A stretch of 64,000 nucleotides of DNA from Bacteroidota bacterium (GTDB lineage: Bacteria > Bacteroidota > Ignavibacteria > Kryptoniales > JAKASW01), in NCBI GenBank assembly GCA_023381615.1, contig JAMCQL010000013.1:3869-67868 (forward strand), in the 5' to 3' direction. A program made the position numbers and the translations under genes. Below, piece by piece: positions 1 to 8,800 of the stretch (its first letter is position 1; each line of letters starts with the position of its first letter). A model generated the notes under the pieces. That model had not been told where the DNA came from, ran no database searches, and saw only the letters and a list, made by a program, of their open reading frames with translations.

Positions 1-463
1 CGTAAGCGGATAGGCTGTCGGAGAAATAATAAACATCAATCACGTATTTGTAGGTTGCTTTTCTAACTCCTTCGACGATGTCCTTGTCGGTAACATGAAC
101 CTTCGACAATATCTCCTTTCTGTACAGCGCGTCCCGCAGGTAAGTTCCTGCTGCATCATGTTCCAACTGGTTTGCCTCAGGCGTTAAAGTCTTTCCCTGC
201 TTTATTGCGTCATCTGCCAGAAGCTGCTCCGCAATCAAGGAAAAGAGAAACCGTTCTTTCTCTGCATCCAGTTGGACCTTGATTTCCTTGTGAGGATAGA
301 TCGTCAGCTCAAACCGTTTCTTGAAATCGGCCGCGGTTATGGGCCTCCCGTTGACAAGGGCCAAGGTATCATTATCACTCTGGTGCCGAACCTGTGCCAT
401 GTCGAGTCCGGTAAATAGTGTAAATAAGTAGACGAAGAAGAAAGTGAATCTGAGTCGGGTCAT
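1..463 (-). CDS. SurA-like / PpiC-type periplasmic chaperone, N-terminal part (CDS runs off the left edge)
   Basis: The ORF track omits it because the frame stays open to position 1. My translation of the minus strand from ATG 463..461 reads MTRLRFTFFFVYLFTLFTGLDMAQVRHQSDNDTLALVNGRPITAADFKKRFELTIYPHKEIK... with no stop before the edge. The hydrophobic N-terminus and the 'VNGrpIT..dF' opening resemble SurA N-terminal domains. Its start overlaps the GH3 stop as ATGA (460-463). Confidence 0.45.
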   Translation of the reverse strand, partial: MTRLRFTFFFVYLFTLFTGLDMAQVRHQSDNDTLALVNGRPITAADFKKRFELTIYPHKEIKVQLDAEKERFLFSLIAEQLLADDAIKQGKTLTPEANQLEHDAAGTYLRDALYRKEILSKVHVTDKDIVEGVRKATYKYVIDVYYFSDSLSAY

Positions 464-2778
464 TGCTGAACCGCCGTTTCTTCACTGACTGTCATTGACC
501 TTCTTATTTGAACAGTTTTTGAGATAAGATCAATTGAATTACCGCCGACCATTACGTCAACATCGCCAGACTCAATGACACGCTCCATCTTGGTATTGAT
601 AAATGAAAGGTCGTAAGGCGTGAGCATAAATTCAGCGGTCTTTGTTTCGCCAGGTCTTAGATAAATTCTTTCGAATCCTTCGAGCTGCTCTACGGGCCTC
701 GTCACTGATGCACATTTCTGATGAATGTATAATTGCACAATTTCTTCGCCGTCTTTATCTCCGGCATTTGTAACGTCAACCGACACAGTGAAGTGATCAG
801 GCAACTTCGGATCGGAAACAACTTTGAGATTCGAGTACTTGAACTTTGTGTAGCTCAATCCAAAACCAAACGGATATAACGGGGTAGACGGCAAGTCGAT
901 ATATTTCGATGTATAATGGTCAGCCGATGCGGGCCGGCCGGTGTTCATATGATCGTAGTAGATCGGGACCTGACCAACTGTTCTTGGAAACGTCACGGGA
1001 AGCTTACCGCTGGGATTGTAATCCCCGAACAATACGTCCGCGATCGCATTTCCTGCCTCGGTTCCGAGGAACCAAGTCTCCAGAATTGCAGGGACATGTT
1101 CAGATGACCAACTGATAGAAAGAGGCCGCCCATTCATCAGCACTTCAACGACAGGTTTGCCAAGTCGACTTATCTCTTGAACCAACTTCTCCTGTACTCC
1201 AGGAATGTCCAGAGACGAACGAGATTCAGCTTCACCGCTCATGTCCCTGCTCTCGCCGATTGCCATAACTACGACATCTGCTTGCCTGGCTGCATCCAAA
1301 GCCTCAGCGAACCCAGCCGTCGATGAATCATTCACACCGCATCCCTTGGCGTAGATGACTTTCGCATCCGGCGACAGCTTTGCTTTTATGCCGTCGAGAA
1401 CCGTAACCACCGGCTCTGGTTTGCCCAAACAGTCCCAGCAGCCAAGCATATCATTCTTGCTTTCCGCCAAGGGGCCTATAACCGCAATCGATTTAATGCC
1501 CTTGCTTAAAGGAAGAATGTTTCCCTTATTCTTCAGCAGAACGATCGATTCTCTGGCTTCCTCACGTGCAAGCTTTCTGTAACCGGGAAGCAAGAGGCTT
1601 GTCTTCGATTTGTTCGCATCGACATATGGATTCTCGAAGAGTCCGAGTTCAAATTTTATTCTCAGAATTCTTCGAACTGCGTCATCAATGTTCCGCATCG
1701 GCACCTCTCCATCCTTCACAAGCTCAACAAGATGATCGTGATATGGACCGACCATATCCATATCAACTCCGGCATTGACAGCCTTCATTGTTGCTTGCGC
1801 GGAGTCGCATGCTATGCCGTGATTTATTAGTTCGGCAACCGCGTCCCAATCGCTGACAACAAAACCACTGAATGCCCATTCGCCCTTTAGAATGTGCCTT
1901 ATCATGGATGGGTTTGCAGATGCGGGTATGCCATCTATATCATCGAATGCACTCATTATTGTCCCGACGCCTGCATCGACAGCAGCTTTGAATGGAGGTA
2001 GATAGATTTCTCTAAGAGTTCTCTCGGACACTTCGGCAGTATTGTAATCGCGGCCACCTTCCGCCGCGCCGTAAGCCACGTAATGTTTTGCACAAGCAAC
2101 GAGATTACTCTCCGGAGATAACTTCTTTCCTTGATAACCTTCCACCTTTGCCTTTGCCATCGCCATGCCAAGGTATGGGTCTTCACCAGCACCTTCAGCG
2201 ATCCTTCCCCATCTCGGATCTCGCGCAATGTCAACCATTGGCGAGAATGTCCATCTAATTCCCTGTGAAGACGCTTCCCTTGCTGCTGTCGAAGCGCATT
2301 CCTTAACTAAATCCGGATCCCAACTGCTCGCCTCTGCAAGTGGAATCGGGAATATCGTAGAGTAACCATGGATGACATCCAAACCGAAAAGGATCGGTAT
2401 TCCCATGCGGGATTTTTTCACAGCAGCAGACTGAAGCTCATTTATCTCATTTGGTGAGATGACATTCAAGAATGAGCCAACTCGCCCCTCTGCTGCCAGT
2501 TGTTTTGAATCTGATGAATAACCGGAATACTGGCACATCTGTCCGATCTTTTCTTCGAGCGTCATCCGCCGCAGGAGATCGTCAATACGTTTCTCAATTG
2601 GAACTCGCGGATCACGATAAGGCAGGGAATCACTTTGTCGTGTCGCCACACTGTTTTGTGCAAAGACAGCACCGGAAGCACAAACCGAACAAACAATCAG
2701 CAGGATCAGGATGGAAATTGCATTTCGGTATAAGCTGTCTGTGATTGACAAATTTTGATTTGAAATTCTGACACTCAT
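460..2778 (-). CDS. bglX: Glycoside hydrolase family 3 beta-glucosidase, signal peptide/TM at N-terminus (periplasmic BglX-like)
   Basis: The 772-aa product carries GH3 hallmarks: GIPILFGLDVIHG, SPMVDIARDPRWGRIAEGAGEDPYL, the GFVVSDW nucleophile region and a C-terminal Fn3-like domain. The N-terminus (ISILILLIVCSVCASGAVFAQ) is hydrophobic. Confidence 0.9.
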   Translation of the reverse strand: MSVRISNQNLSITDSLYRNAISILILLIVCSVCASGAVFAQNSVATRQSDSLPYRDPRVPIEKRIDDLLRRMTLEEKIGQMCQYSGYSSDSKQLAAEGRVGSFLNVISPNEINELQSAAVKKSRMGIPILFGLDVIHGYSTIFPIPLAEASSWDPDLVKECASTAAREASSQGIRWTFSPMVDIARDPRWGRIAEGAGEDPYLGMAMAKAKVEGYQGKKLSPESNLVACAKHYVAYGAAEGGRDYNTAEVSERTLREIYLPPFKAAVDAGVGTIMSAFDDIDGIPASANPSMIRHILKGEWAFSGFVVSDWDAVAELINHGIACDSAQATMKAVNAGVDMDMVGPYHDHLVELVKDGEVPMRNIDDAVRRILRIKFELGLFENPYVDANKSKTSLLLPGYRKLAREEARESIVLLKNKGNILPLSKGIKSIAVIGPLAESKNDMLGCWDCLGKPEPVVTVLDGIKAKLSPDAKVIYAKGCGVNDSSTAGFAEALDAARQADVVVMAIGESRDMSGEAESRSSLDIPGVQEKLVQEISRLGKPVVEVLMNGRPLSISWSSEHVPAILETWFLGTEAGNAIADVLFGDYNPSGKLPVTFPRTVGQVPIYYDHMNTGRPASADHYTSKYIDLPSTPLYPFGFGLSYTKFKYSNLKVVSDPKLPDHFTVSVDVTNAGDKDGEEIVQLYIHQKCASVTRPVEQLEGFERIYLRPGETKTAEFMLTPYDLSFINTKMERVIESGDVDVMVGGNSIDLISKTVQIRRSMTVSEETAVQQ

Positions 2779-2795
2779 CTTATCCTCAAGAAATT

Positions 2796-5507
2796 TTATT
2801 TTTCAGCAATTGATTTATGCTTCGCATTTTTGGGAGACGATTGGTTTTTCTGTGACCGAATGCCGTGTGCAATCAGGTTCAATAAGAAACGCTGGGCAAC
2901 CGGGTCCGGCCTCCGAGCATACAATTCGGCATAGCAGCCCCGCTTCGGAATCAGTCGTCCGTGAAGCTCGACGCTTGAGACTACCACAAGACCTTTTCGC
3001 AGCTTTCCCTCGAGCACGACAAGCCTGCTTAGACTCAAACCTGATCTGGCTAAGACTTTATATGGCCCTTCAATCTTCAGGTCAGACTGCGGGACTATTT
3101 CACCGCCATATGCGCCATTGAACATTCGTAAATCGGTTTTTCTTAAACCTTCCCATAATAGATGGTCAATGTCATCGACAATCAAATAAGAATCATAGCC
3201 GCCCTGATCCGGGTCAACTCTGGGTTCAACCACCATCCGTTGTCCTCCCGGCAGCACGAAGGTTTCTTTTTGTAAAACATCTCTCTCCGGTTCGACAAAG
3301 ATGACACTGCGACCTTCATTTGCCCATCGGGTAATCTCCTCGCGCATACTATCGTAGGCAGAGCGGGAAACTGAACTGCCGGCGACAAGAAGCAAGTCAC
3401 AGGTTTCATCAAAATTGTTTTCGATACGATAAACGTTGACGCCCATCGACTTAAGAAAATCAGAAATTTCATCATCTTTGTCAATTACACCTATCTTTGC
3501 AGATTTCAGGACTGAGGGGATTTCAATCGAGTCGTAGATATGCGCGATCTTCTCACTGACCGCCTTGCGACCGGTTTGAGAATCGGTCAATTCCGCGCAC
3601 ACAAAATAATCATCTGAGTCTTTGGGAAAGCTTACGCTCAAAGTTATGATCTTCCGGTCAGACTCGACCACGCTCACAGACGTTTCCTCAAACGAAATCC
3701 ATTTCCCCAACTTGTCTTTGATTCCGAATTTCAGCCGGCCCCTGCTCTCACGAGGATAGTCGTTGAAGACATAGAGTGCAAAGTTTCTCTTCTCACCGAA
3801 AAAACAATGTCTGTCCCAAAGTTCAATGCTGACGCCGAAAGGCTCAAATGCGTTTTTCAAAGCCGCGAGTATTGGCTTGGGCTTCAAATCAGCGATGTTG
3901 TCAACGAACCAGTGTGAAGTCGGACCGTCATTAGTGCTGAGATAAACGAACGGTTGGATGCATTTCACATCCAGTCTTCTGAAGAGCTCGGTGAGCTCCG
4001 AGGCGAGGAAAGATTGGTGATCAACGAGTTCTTTCTCGGTGTAATCATTACCGAGCCATCGGCTGACGACCTTTTTTGTGAGCTCCGAAGGTTTGAAGTC
4101 CTTGTCAAGCCACCACCAAAGATATTCATTGACCTGAGAAGGATATCGCGAGTTCCCGATCGTGTCAAGAGATCTTGTGAATCCGAATTTCCTATCGACA
4201 AGAACAGGACCCAGAGAATAGATATAAGGATGATCTTCGAAAAAATCGTGTGACTCCCATGACCTTGTGGGATCAAGACGTTTCATTTCAGGAATAATCC
4301 TTGTCTGGACTGTCTCGTCAGTTGATTCGTTCAAGGCGTCCCAGATGACGATGCTCGGATGATTCCAATTGTCCTTCAGCCATTCTGAGAATTCTTTTGT
4401 TATCTGCTCCTTTGTTCCTGTCGCGCCCCAGAACTGCCATTCGTCCTGAAGCAGGATGCCTCCTTCGTCGGCAATATCGTACCATTTGTTATACATATGC
4501 CCAAGATGGGCACGGAAAAAATTGAAATTGTGGGACTTGGGAATGTCTACCAAAATTTTTTGTATCCATTTGGAATCCCACGGAAGGAGTTTGCGGTCTT
4601 TGTCGGAAAGAAACCGATGGAAAGCGATGTTGCTCCCTCTGAGATATATTTTCTTTCCATTCAGATAAAAGCTGGAGCCGCGAACCATGAATTCCCGCAT
4701 GCCAAAAGTGACGCTCTCCACATCCAACGGAATGTGCGAAGCATCACTCTTCGTGTGACCGGATTCATCTTCTAACTTTGCGGTGAAAAGGTAGAGAAAA
4801 GGAGACTCCGGCGACCAGAGTTTCATGTTTTCCACTTGCAGGAAAAGCGTAATCTTCCCTTCGGCACGAGGGCCCAACTCAGCCACTTTCAAACACACCG
4901 CGGAAGAGACAGCACCGCTTTTCTTTTCGCTGACTGCACCTCTCAAGATGATTGTTTGCTGAGCATCGTAATAATTTTCCAGCCAAACGTTCACCTCCAC
5001 ATTTGAGGTGTCTACGTGAGGAATTGCCTGAATCAGTTTTACACGCACCCGTTTCGTGAAGGTTAGTCTGACATCACCCCAAATTCCCGGGATGAACGAG
5101 AGGCGTTCCAAGTCTTTGCCGACAGCGCTTTCGGGTGGGAGTGTTGACTTCTGCCCGACTCTCACGACTATCTGATTCTCTACACTATAGTTCAGATAGT
5201 TGTCAATTCTGTATTCCTGAGAAGTGTAACACGAGATCGACTCCCCCACAAATGTGCCGTTTACCCAAACCGCAGTCCCAAACATGCTTTGTTCAATCTT
5301 CAAAAACGCCGCCTGATTTTCTCTTCCGTTCGGGACGAAAATATTTTTGCGGTACCAATGATATTCAAAGCCCCGCCAATCATAAGATGGCACAGCACAA
5401 TCGACTAGCGCGGGTACTTGCACCTTATGTTCGAACGAGTCGGGCAAATTCCCCTTAGTTCCAGGCTGAATTTCCCATGCTCCGTTCAAGTCTATTGTCT
5501 CGATCAA
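2796..5507 (-). CDS. Glycoside hydrolase family 2-like enzyme with an extra ~250-aa C-terminal domain, no signal peptide
   Basis: The 903-aa product opens like a GH2 sugar-binding domain (IDLNGAWEIQPG ... HWYRKNIFVP ... VWVNGTFVG). Its TIM-barrel acid/base region reads SIVIWDALNES. The C-terminal third (KIGVIDKDDEISDFL...LLLVAGSS...) has no function I can assign. Confidence 0.7.
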   Translation of the reverse strand: MIETIDLNGAWEIQPGTKGNLPDSFEHKVQVPALVDCAVPSYDWRGFEYHWYRKNIFVPNGRENQAAFLKIEQSMFGTAVWVNGTFVGESISCYTSQEYRIDNYLNYSVENQIVVRVGQKSTLPPESAVGKDLERLSFIPGIWGDVRLTFTKRVRVKLIQAIPHVDTSNVEVNVWLENYYDAQQTIILRGAVSEKKSGAVSSAVCLKVAELGPRAEGKITLFLQVENMKLWSPESPFLYLFTAKLEDESGHTKSDASHIPLDVESVTFGMREFMVRGSSFYLNGKKIYLRGSNIAFHRFLSDKDRKLLPWDSKWIQKILVDIPKSHNFNFFRAHLGHMYNKWYDIADEGGILLQDEWQFWGATGTKEQITKEFSEWLKDNWNHPSIVIWDALNESTDETVQTRIIPEMKRLDPTRSWESHDFFEDHPYIYSLGPVLVDRKFGFTRSLDTIGNSRYPSQVNEYLWWWLDKDFKPSELTKKVVSRWLGNDYTEKELVDHQSFLASELTELFRRLDVKCIQPFVYLSTNDGPTSHWFVDNIADLKPKPILAALKNAFEPFGVSIELWDRHCFFGEKRNFALYVFNDYPRESRGRLKFGIKDKLGKWISFEETSVSVVESDRKIITLSVSFPKDSDDYFVCAELTDSQTGRKAVSEKIAHIYDSIEIPSVLKSAKIGVIDKDDEISDFLKSMGVNVYRIENNFDETCDLLLVAGSSVSRSAYDSMREEITRWANEGRSVIFVEPERDVLQKETFVLPGGQRMVVEPRVDPDQGGYDSYLIVDDIDHLLWEGLRKTDLRMFNGAYGGEIVPQSDLKIEGPYKVLARSGLSLSRLVVLEGKLRKGLVVVSSVELHGRLIPKRGCYAELYARRPDPVAQRFLLNLIAHGIRSQKNQSSPKNAKHKSIAEK

Positions 5508-5547
5508 TTTTTGTTGTCTCTTGATTCTTACTTCTGATTTCTTGCGT

Positions 5548-6372
5548 CTATTCTTTCAAACTCCCGGCGACCAGTCCACTGACATAGCTCTTTTGCAAAG
5601 CGAGGAACAAGATCATGACTGGTAGTGTGGTTACAACCGATCCTGCCATCATGAGCTCGGTGTCAGGCGCGTGCTCACCCATCAGATTTGCCAGAGCCAC
5701 CGGAAGTGTGTACATGGAATCCTTGTTCATCACAATAAGTGGCCACATGAAATCGTTCCACGTACCAAGAAACGTAAAAAGTCCCAACGTGACAAGTGCC
5801 GGCCGTGCAAGGGGCAGCATGATCCGCCAATAGATTTTGAAATCGCCGCATCCATCTATCCTTGCAGAGTCAATAAGGTCGGTCGGAATGGTAGACATGT
5901 ACTGTCTGAAGAAAAAAATACTGAAAGCGCTGACGGTGCCGGGAAGAATGAGCCCCCAATAAGTATTCAGCATTCCCATCTGCCTCAAGATCAGGAAGAC
6001 CGGCAGCATTCCAACCTGTCCCGGAATTACCATCGTTACGAGAAAGGAAGTGAACATGAACCGCCGAGCTTTGAAATTGTATTTCGCGAACGCGAATCCG
6101 GCAAGCGAGTTTATGAACAAGCTTGATACCGTCATCAAACTTGCAACCGCAAAACTATTCAGAAAGTCTCTCAAGAAATGAAGGCGCTGAAAAAGAATTT
6201 GATATTGCTGTATTGTAAACGCTTTCGGCCAAAATCGCGGTGGATAAGAAAACGATTCTCCCGATTTCATAAATGAAGTCGTGATCATCCAGAAGAACGG
6301 GATCAAAACCAACATCACTGCCACAGCCACGACCGATGTGAGAGCCAGCGACTTCACACTTCTTTTCTTCAC
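5548..6372 (-). CDS. Carbohydrate ABC transporter permease (MalG-like)
   Basis: The 274-aa product is multi-TM and has the EAA-type loop IDSARIDGCGDFKIYWRIMLPLARPAL. It overlaps the upstream permease gene by 4 bp. Confidence 0.9.
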   Translation of the reverse strand: MKKRSVKSLALTSVVAVAVMLVLIPFFWMITTSFMKSGESFSYPPRFWPKAFTIQQYQILFQRLHFLRDFLNSFAVASLMTVSSLFINSLAGFAFAKYNFKARRFMFTSFLVTMVIPGQVGMLPVFLILRQMGMLNTYWGLILPGTVSAFSIFFFRQYMSTIPTDLIDSARIDGCGDFKIYWRIMLPLARPALVTLGLFTFLGTWNDFMWPLIVMNKDSMYTLPVALANLMGEHAPDTELMMAGSVVTTLPVMILFLALQKSYVSGLVAGSLKE

Positions 6373-7301
6373 ACTGCGCTCCCTTCCTTTTGAACTCGCA
6401 TTTCAATCATGGTCAGAATGAAAATGACAATCGCCAGAACGAATGCCAGTGAGGCAGCATATCCCATCTGCCAGTACCTAAATCCCTGCCGATACATCAA
6501 CAGAACTATTGACAGAGTCGAGTTCATAGGTCCACCCCCCGTCATTATGTACGGCTCCGCGAAGAGTTGGAGATATCCGATCAACGTCACGACAGTAACG
6601 AATAAAGTTGTGGGGGCGAGCATCGGAACTGTAATTCTCCAAAATCTCTGCCACGAACCGGCGCCGTCAATTCCGGCGGCATCATACAGGACTTCTGGTA
6701 TGGTTTGCAGCCCGGCAAGAAAAATCATCATCGTGTAACCGAAGTTCTTCCAGACAGCGAAGAGGATTATCGCAGGCATAGCCCACACCGGGTCGCTCAA
6801 CCAATCGCGCGGTGCCACCCCTAGGAAGCTGAGTGCGTAATTGAGAAGGCCAAACCTCGGATCGTAGATATACTTCCACACAACTGAAACCGCAACGAGG
6901 GTGGCAACCACGGGAGCGAAGAAGCCCAGCCTCAGAAGAGATCTGAACTTCACCAATTTAGAATTCAAAAGAACTGCCGCCAGGAGAGCCACAAAAATCG
7001 TGAGCGGTCCGCCCAAAATAAGAAAGTAAAAAGTGTTGAACATCGATTTCCAAAACAGCGGATCCGAGAAAAGATTCATGTAGTTCCCAAGGCCGACAAA
7101 ACGCGCAAAGCGGAAATGAGCGAGTGAGTAAATGTCGAAATCAGTAAAGCTCATAAGAAATGCCGCCACAACAGGTATAACAAAGAAGACCGCAAGCAGG
7201 ACGAAAGAAGGCGCAATAAAAAGATACGGAGCATTCACGGAAGACCACCTCGTGCCCGGATACCCGACTGCCTTTTTATCGCGATGACTAATCTTTAACA
7301 T
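6369..7301 (-). CDS. Carbohydrate ABC transporter permease (MalF-like)
   Basis: The 310-aa product is multi-TM and has the EAA loop YDAAGIDGAGSWQRFWRITVPMLAP. Confidence 0.9.
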   Translation of the reverse strand: MLKISHRDKKAVGYPGTRWSSVNAPYLFIAPSFVLLAVFFVIPVVAAFLMSFTDFDIYSLAHFRFARFVGLGNYMNLFSDPLFWKSMFNTFYFLILGGPLTIFVALLAAVLLNSKLVKFRSLLRLGFFAPVVATLVAVSVVWKYIYDPRFGLLNYALSFLGVAPRDWLSDPVWAMPAIILFAVWKNFGYTMMIFLAGLQTIPEVLYDAAGIDGAGSWQRFWRITVPMLAPTTLFVTVVTLIGYLQLFAEPYIMTGGGPMNSTLSIVLLMYRQGFRYWQMGYAASLAFVLAIVIFILTMIEMRVQKEGSAV

Positions 7302-7304
7302 TTT

Positions 7305-8639
7305 TCAGTCGGCCATCTTCCCCGTGCTTTTCAACCAACGCCGCTTTTCAAGCACGCGGTTTATATCTTTGTCCATACCGATAAGCGCCTGATCAAGCGT
7401 ATTCTTTCCCCAGACAACCGTCTCGATCCACTGCCCCATCTTATCTGTAACCTGTTCCCATTCAGGGATGCGCGGGAACGGACGCGAGGATTCAAGCTGG
7501 GTATAGAACGCCGAGATCAGCGGATTGCCGAGCAGCGTTGAATCCTGTCCCGACGAATGTCGGGATCCTTCGGACCAGGCGCTTTTCACAGCGGGGAGAT
7601 CGAAAGTCCCTCTGTAGAACTGCAGTTGGTTCTCGGGGAGCGAAAGAAATTCAATCAATTTCCAGTCTGCTTCTTTCTCCTTTGAACCGCGGAATATCAC
7701 AAAGCTGCTTCCACCCGCATTTGCGTCCCGGTTCTTGTTCACCGGAAGAGGAGCCACCGACCATTTGCCATTCAGATAACCGACGCGATTTCTCAACTCG
7801 TTTATATTCCACGGGCCGCTGATGAACATCCCGACATATCCAGACGCAAATGCCTGATACAAATTTGTCGTCGCGTTAGCTTCCATCGGAGAATAGCCGA
7901 GCTTAAAAAATTTCACGTAGTAATCGAACGCCTCACGATCATTCTGAGACAAAACATTGGAATAGCAGTCGTCATCTTTCAGTATATTTCCGTCATTTTG
8001 CCATGCAAAAAAGATCTCGTCCCATTCCAGGCCGGGGTTCACAGGCAGATAAATCCCGTAACAAGGACGACCGTTTAGTTTTGTCGAATAAGAAGTCAAA
8101 AGTTTCGCGGCTTTCAGAAGTTCATCCCAATTCTTCGGAGGTTGATGCATCCCTACCACACTCAACAGATCCTTCCTGTAGAAAAGCGCTCTCGTCTCAA
8201 CGTACCATGGAATTCCGTATACCTTTTTGCCCACAACATTCGTTTGCCAAATACCACTGAAATAGTTCGCTTCCTTCACAACATTTGATTTGGCGATAAA
8301 CGAATCGAGCGGCTCCAGCGCATCCATCGCATGAAGTTCCGATATCCACGTGTTGCCGAGCTGACACATATCAGGAGTTGCATTCCCCGCGAACGCCGTA
8401 AGCAATTTATCATGTGCTGAGCCCCATGGCACCACCTGAAGGTCAACGTAAATACCAGGATTCTCTCTCTCAAATTCTTTGATGAGCGAACCCAAATGCT
8501 CTCCCTCAGATCCCATTGCCCAGAAGGTGATCTTTGTAAGACCCTCGTTCCGTCTTGAACAGCCAAACACAACAAAGACTAACATCACCATCAATGACAT
8601 AACAATCGCTCTTTGAGAACGGGAATTATCTATTGTCAT
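7305..8639 (-). CDS. Extracellular solute-binding protein of a sugar ABC importer
   Basis: The 444-aa product has an N-terminal signal with a Cys (LVFVVFGCSRR). It looks like a family-1 sugar-binding protein (ITFWAMGSEGE..., GNTWISE, WYVETRALFYRKD) and sits 3 bp upstream of the permease genes. Confidence 0.85.
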   Translation of the reverse strand: MTIDNSRSQRAIVMSLMVMLVFVVFGCSRRNEGLTKITFWAMGSEGEHLGSLIKEFERENPGIYVDLQVVPWGSAHDKLLTAFAGNATPDMCQLGNTWISELHAMDALEPLDSFIAKSNVVKEANYFSGIWQTNVVGKKVYGIPWYVETRALFYRKDLLSVVGMHQPPKNWDELLKAAKLLTSYSTKLNGRPCYGIYLPVNPGLEWDEIFFAWQNDGNILKDDDCYSNVLSQNDREAFDYYVKFFKLGYSPMEANATTNLYQAFASGYVGMFISGPWNINELRNRVGYLNGKWSVAPLPVNKNRDANAGGSSFVIFRGSKEKEADWKLIEFLSLPENQLQFYRGTFDLPAVKSAWSEGSRHSSGQDSTLLGNPLISAFYTQLESSRPFPRIPEWEQVTDKMGQWIETVVWGKNTLDQALIGMDKDINRVLEKRRWLKSTGKMAD

Positions 8640-8732
8640 TAAACTTTAGATTACTACTTTTAGTGGTTTCATTTGCAGCCTCAGTATTTCAAAAAAGAAA
8701 ATGTAAATTAACTATTTGTGAATCAACTCACC

Positions 8733-8768
8733 CTCCTGCTTCATGGTCCGGTACCTGTGAAGCAGGAG
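8733..8768 (-). terminator. Stem-loop between GH144-like gene and ABC genes (11-bp perfect stem)
   Basis: CTCCTGCTTCA (8733-8743) pairs with TGAAGCAGGAG (8758-8768) across a 14-nt loop. It lies in the 161-bp gap downstream of the 842-aa gene. No clear U-tract follows, so it may be an attenuator or RNA-stability element rather than a strong terminator. Confidence 0.35.
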
Positions 8769-8800
8769 AAGGTGAACGACAAACGAATAGATTCCTCTAT

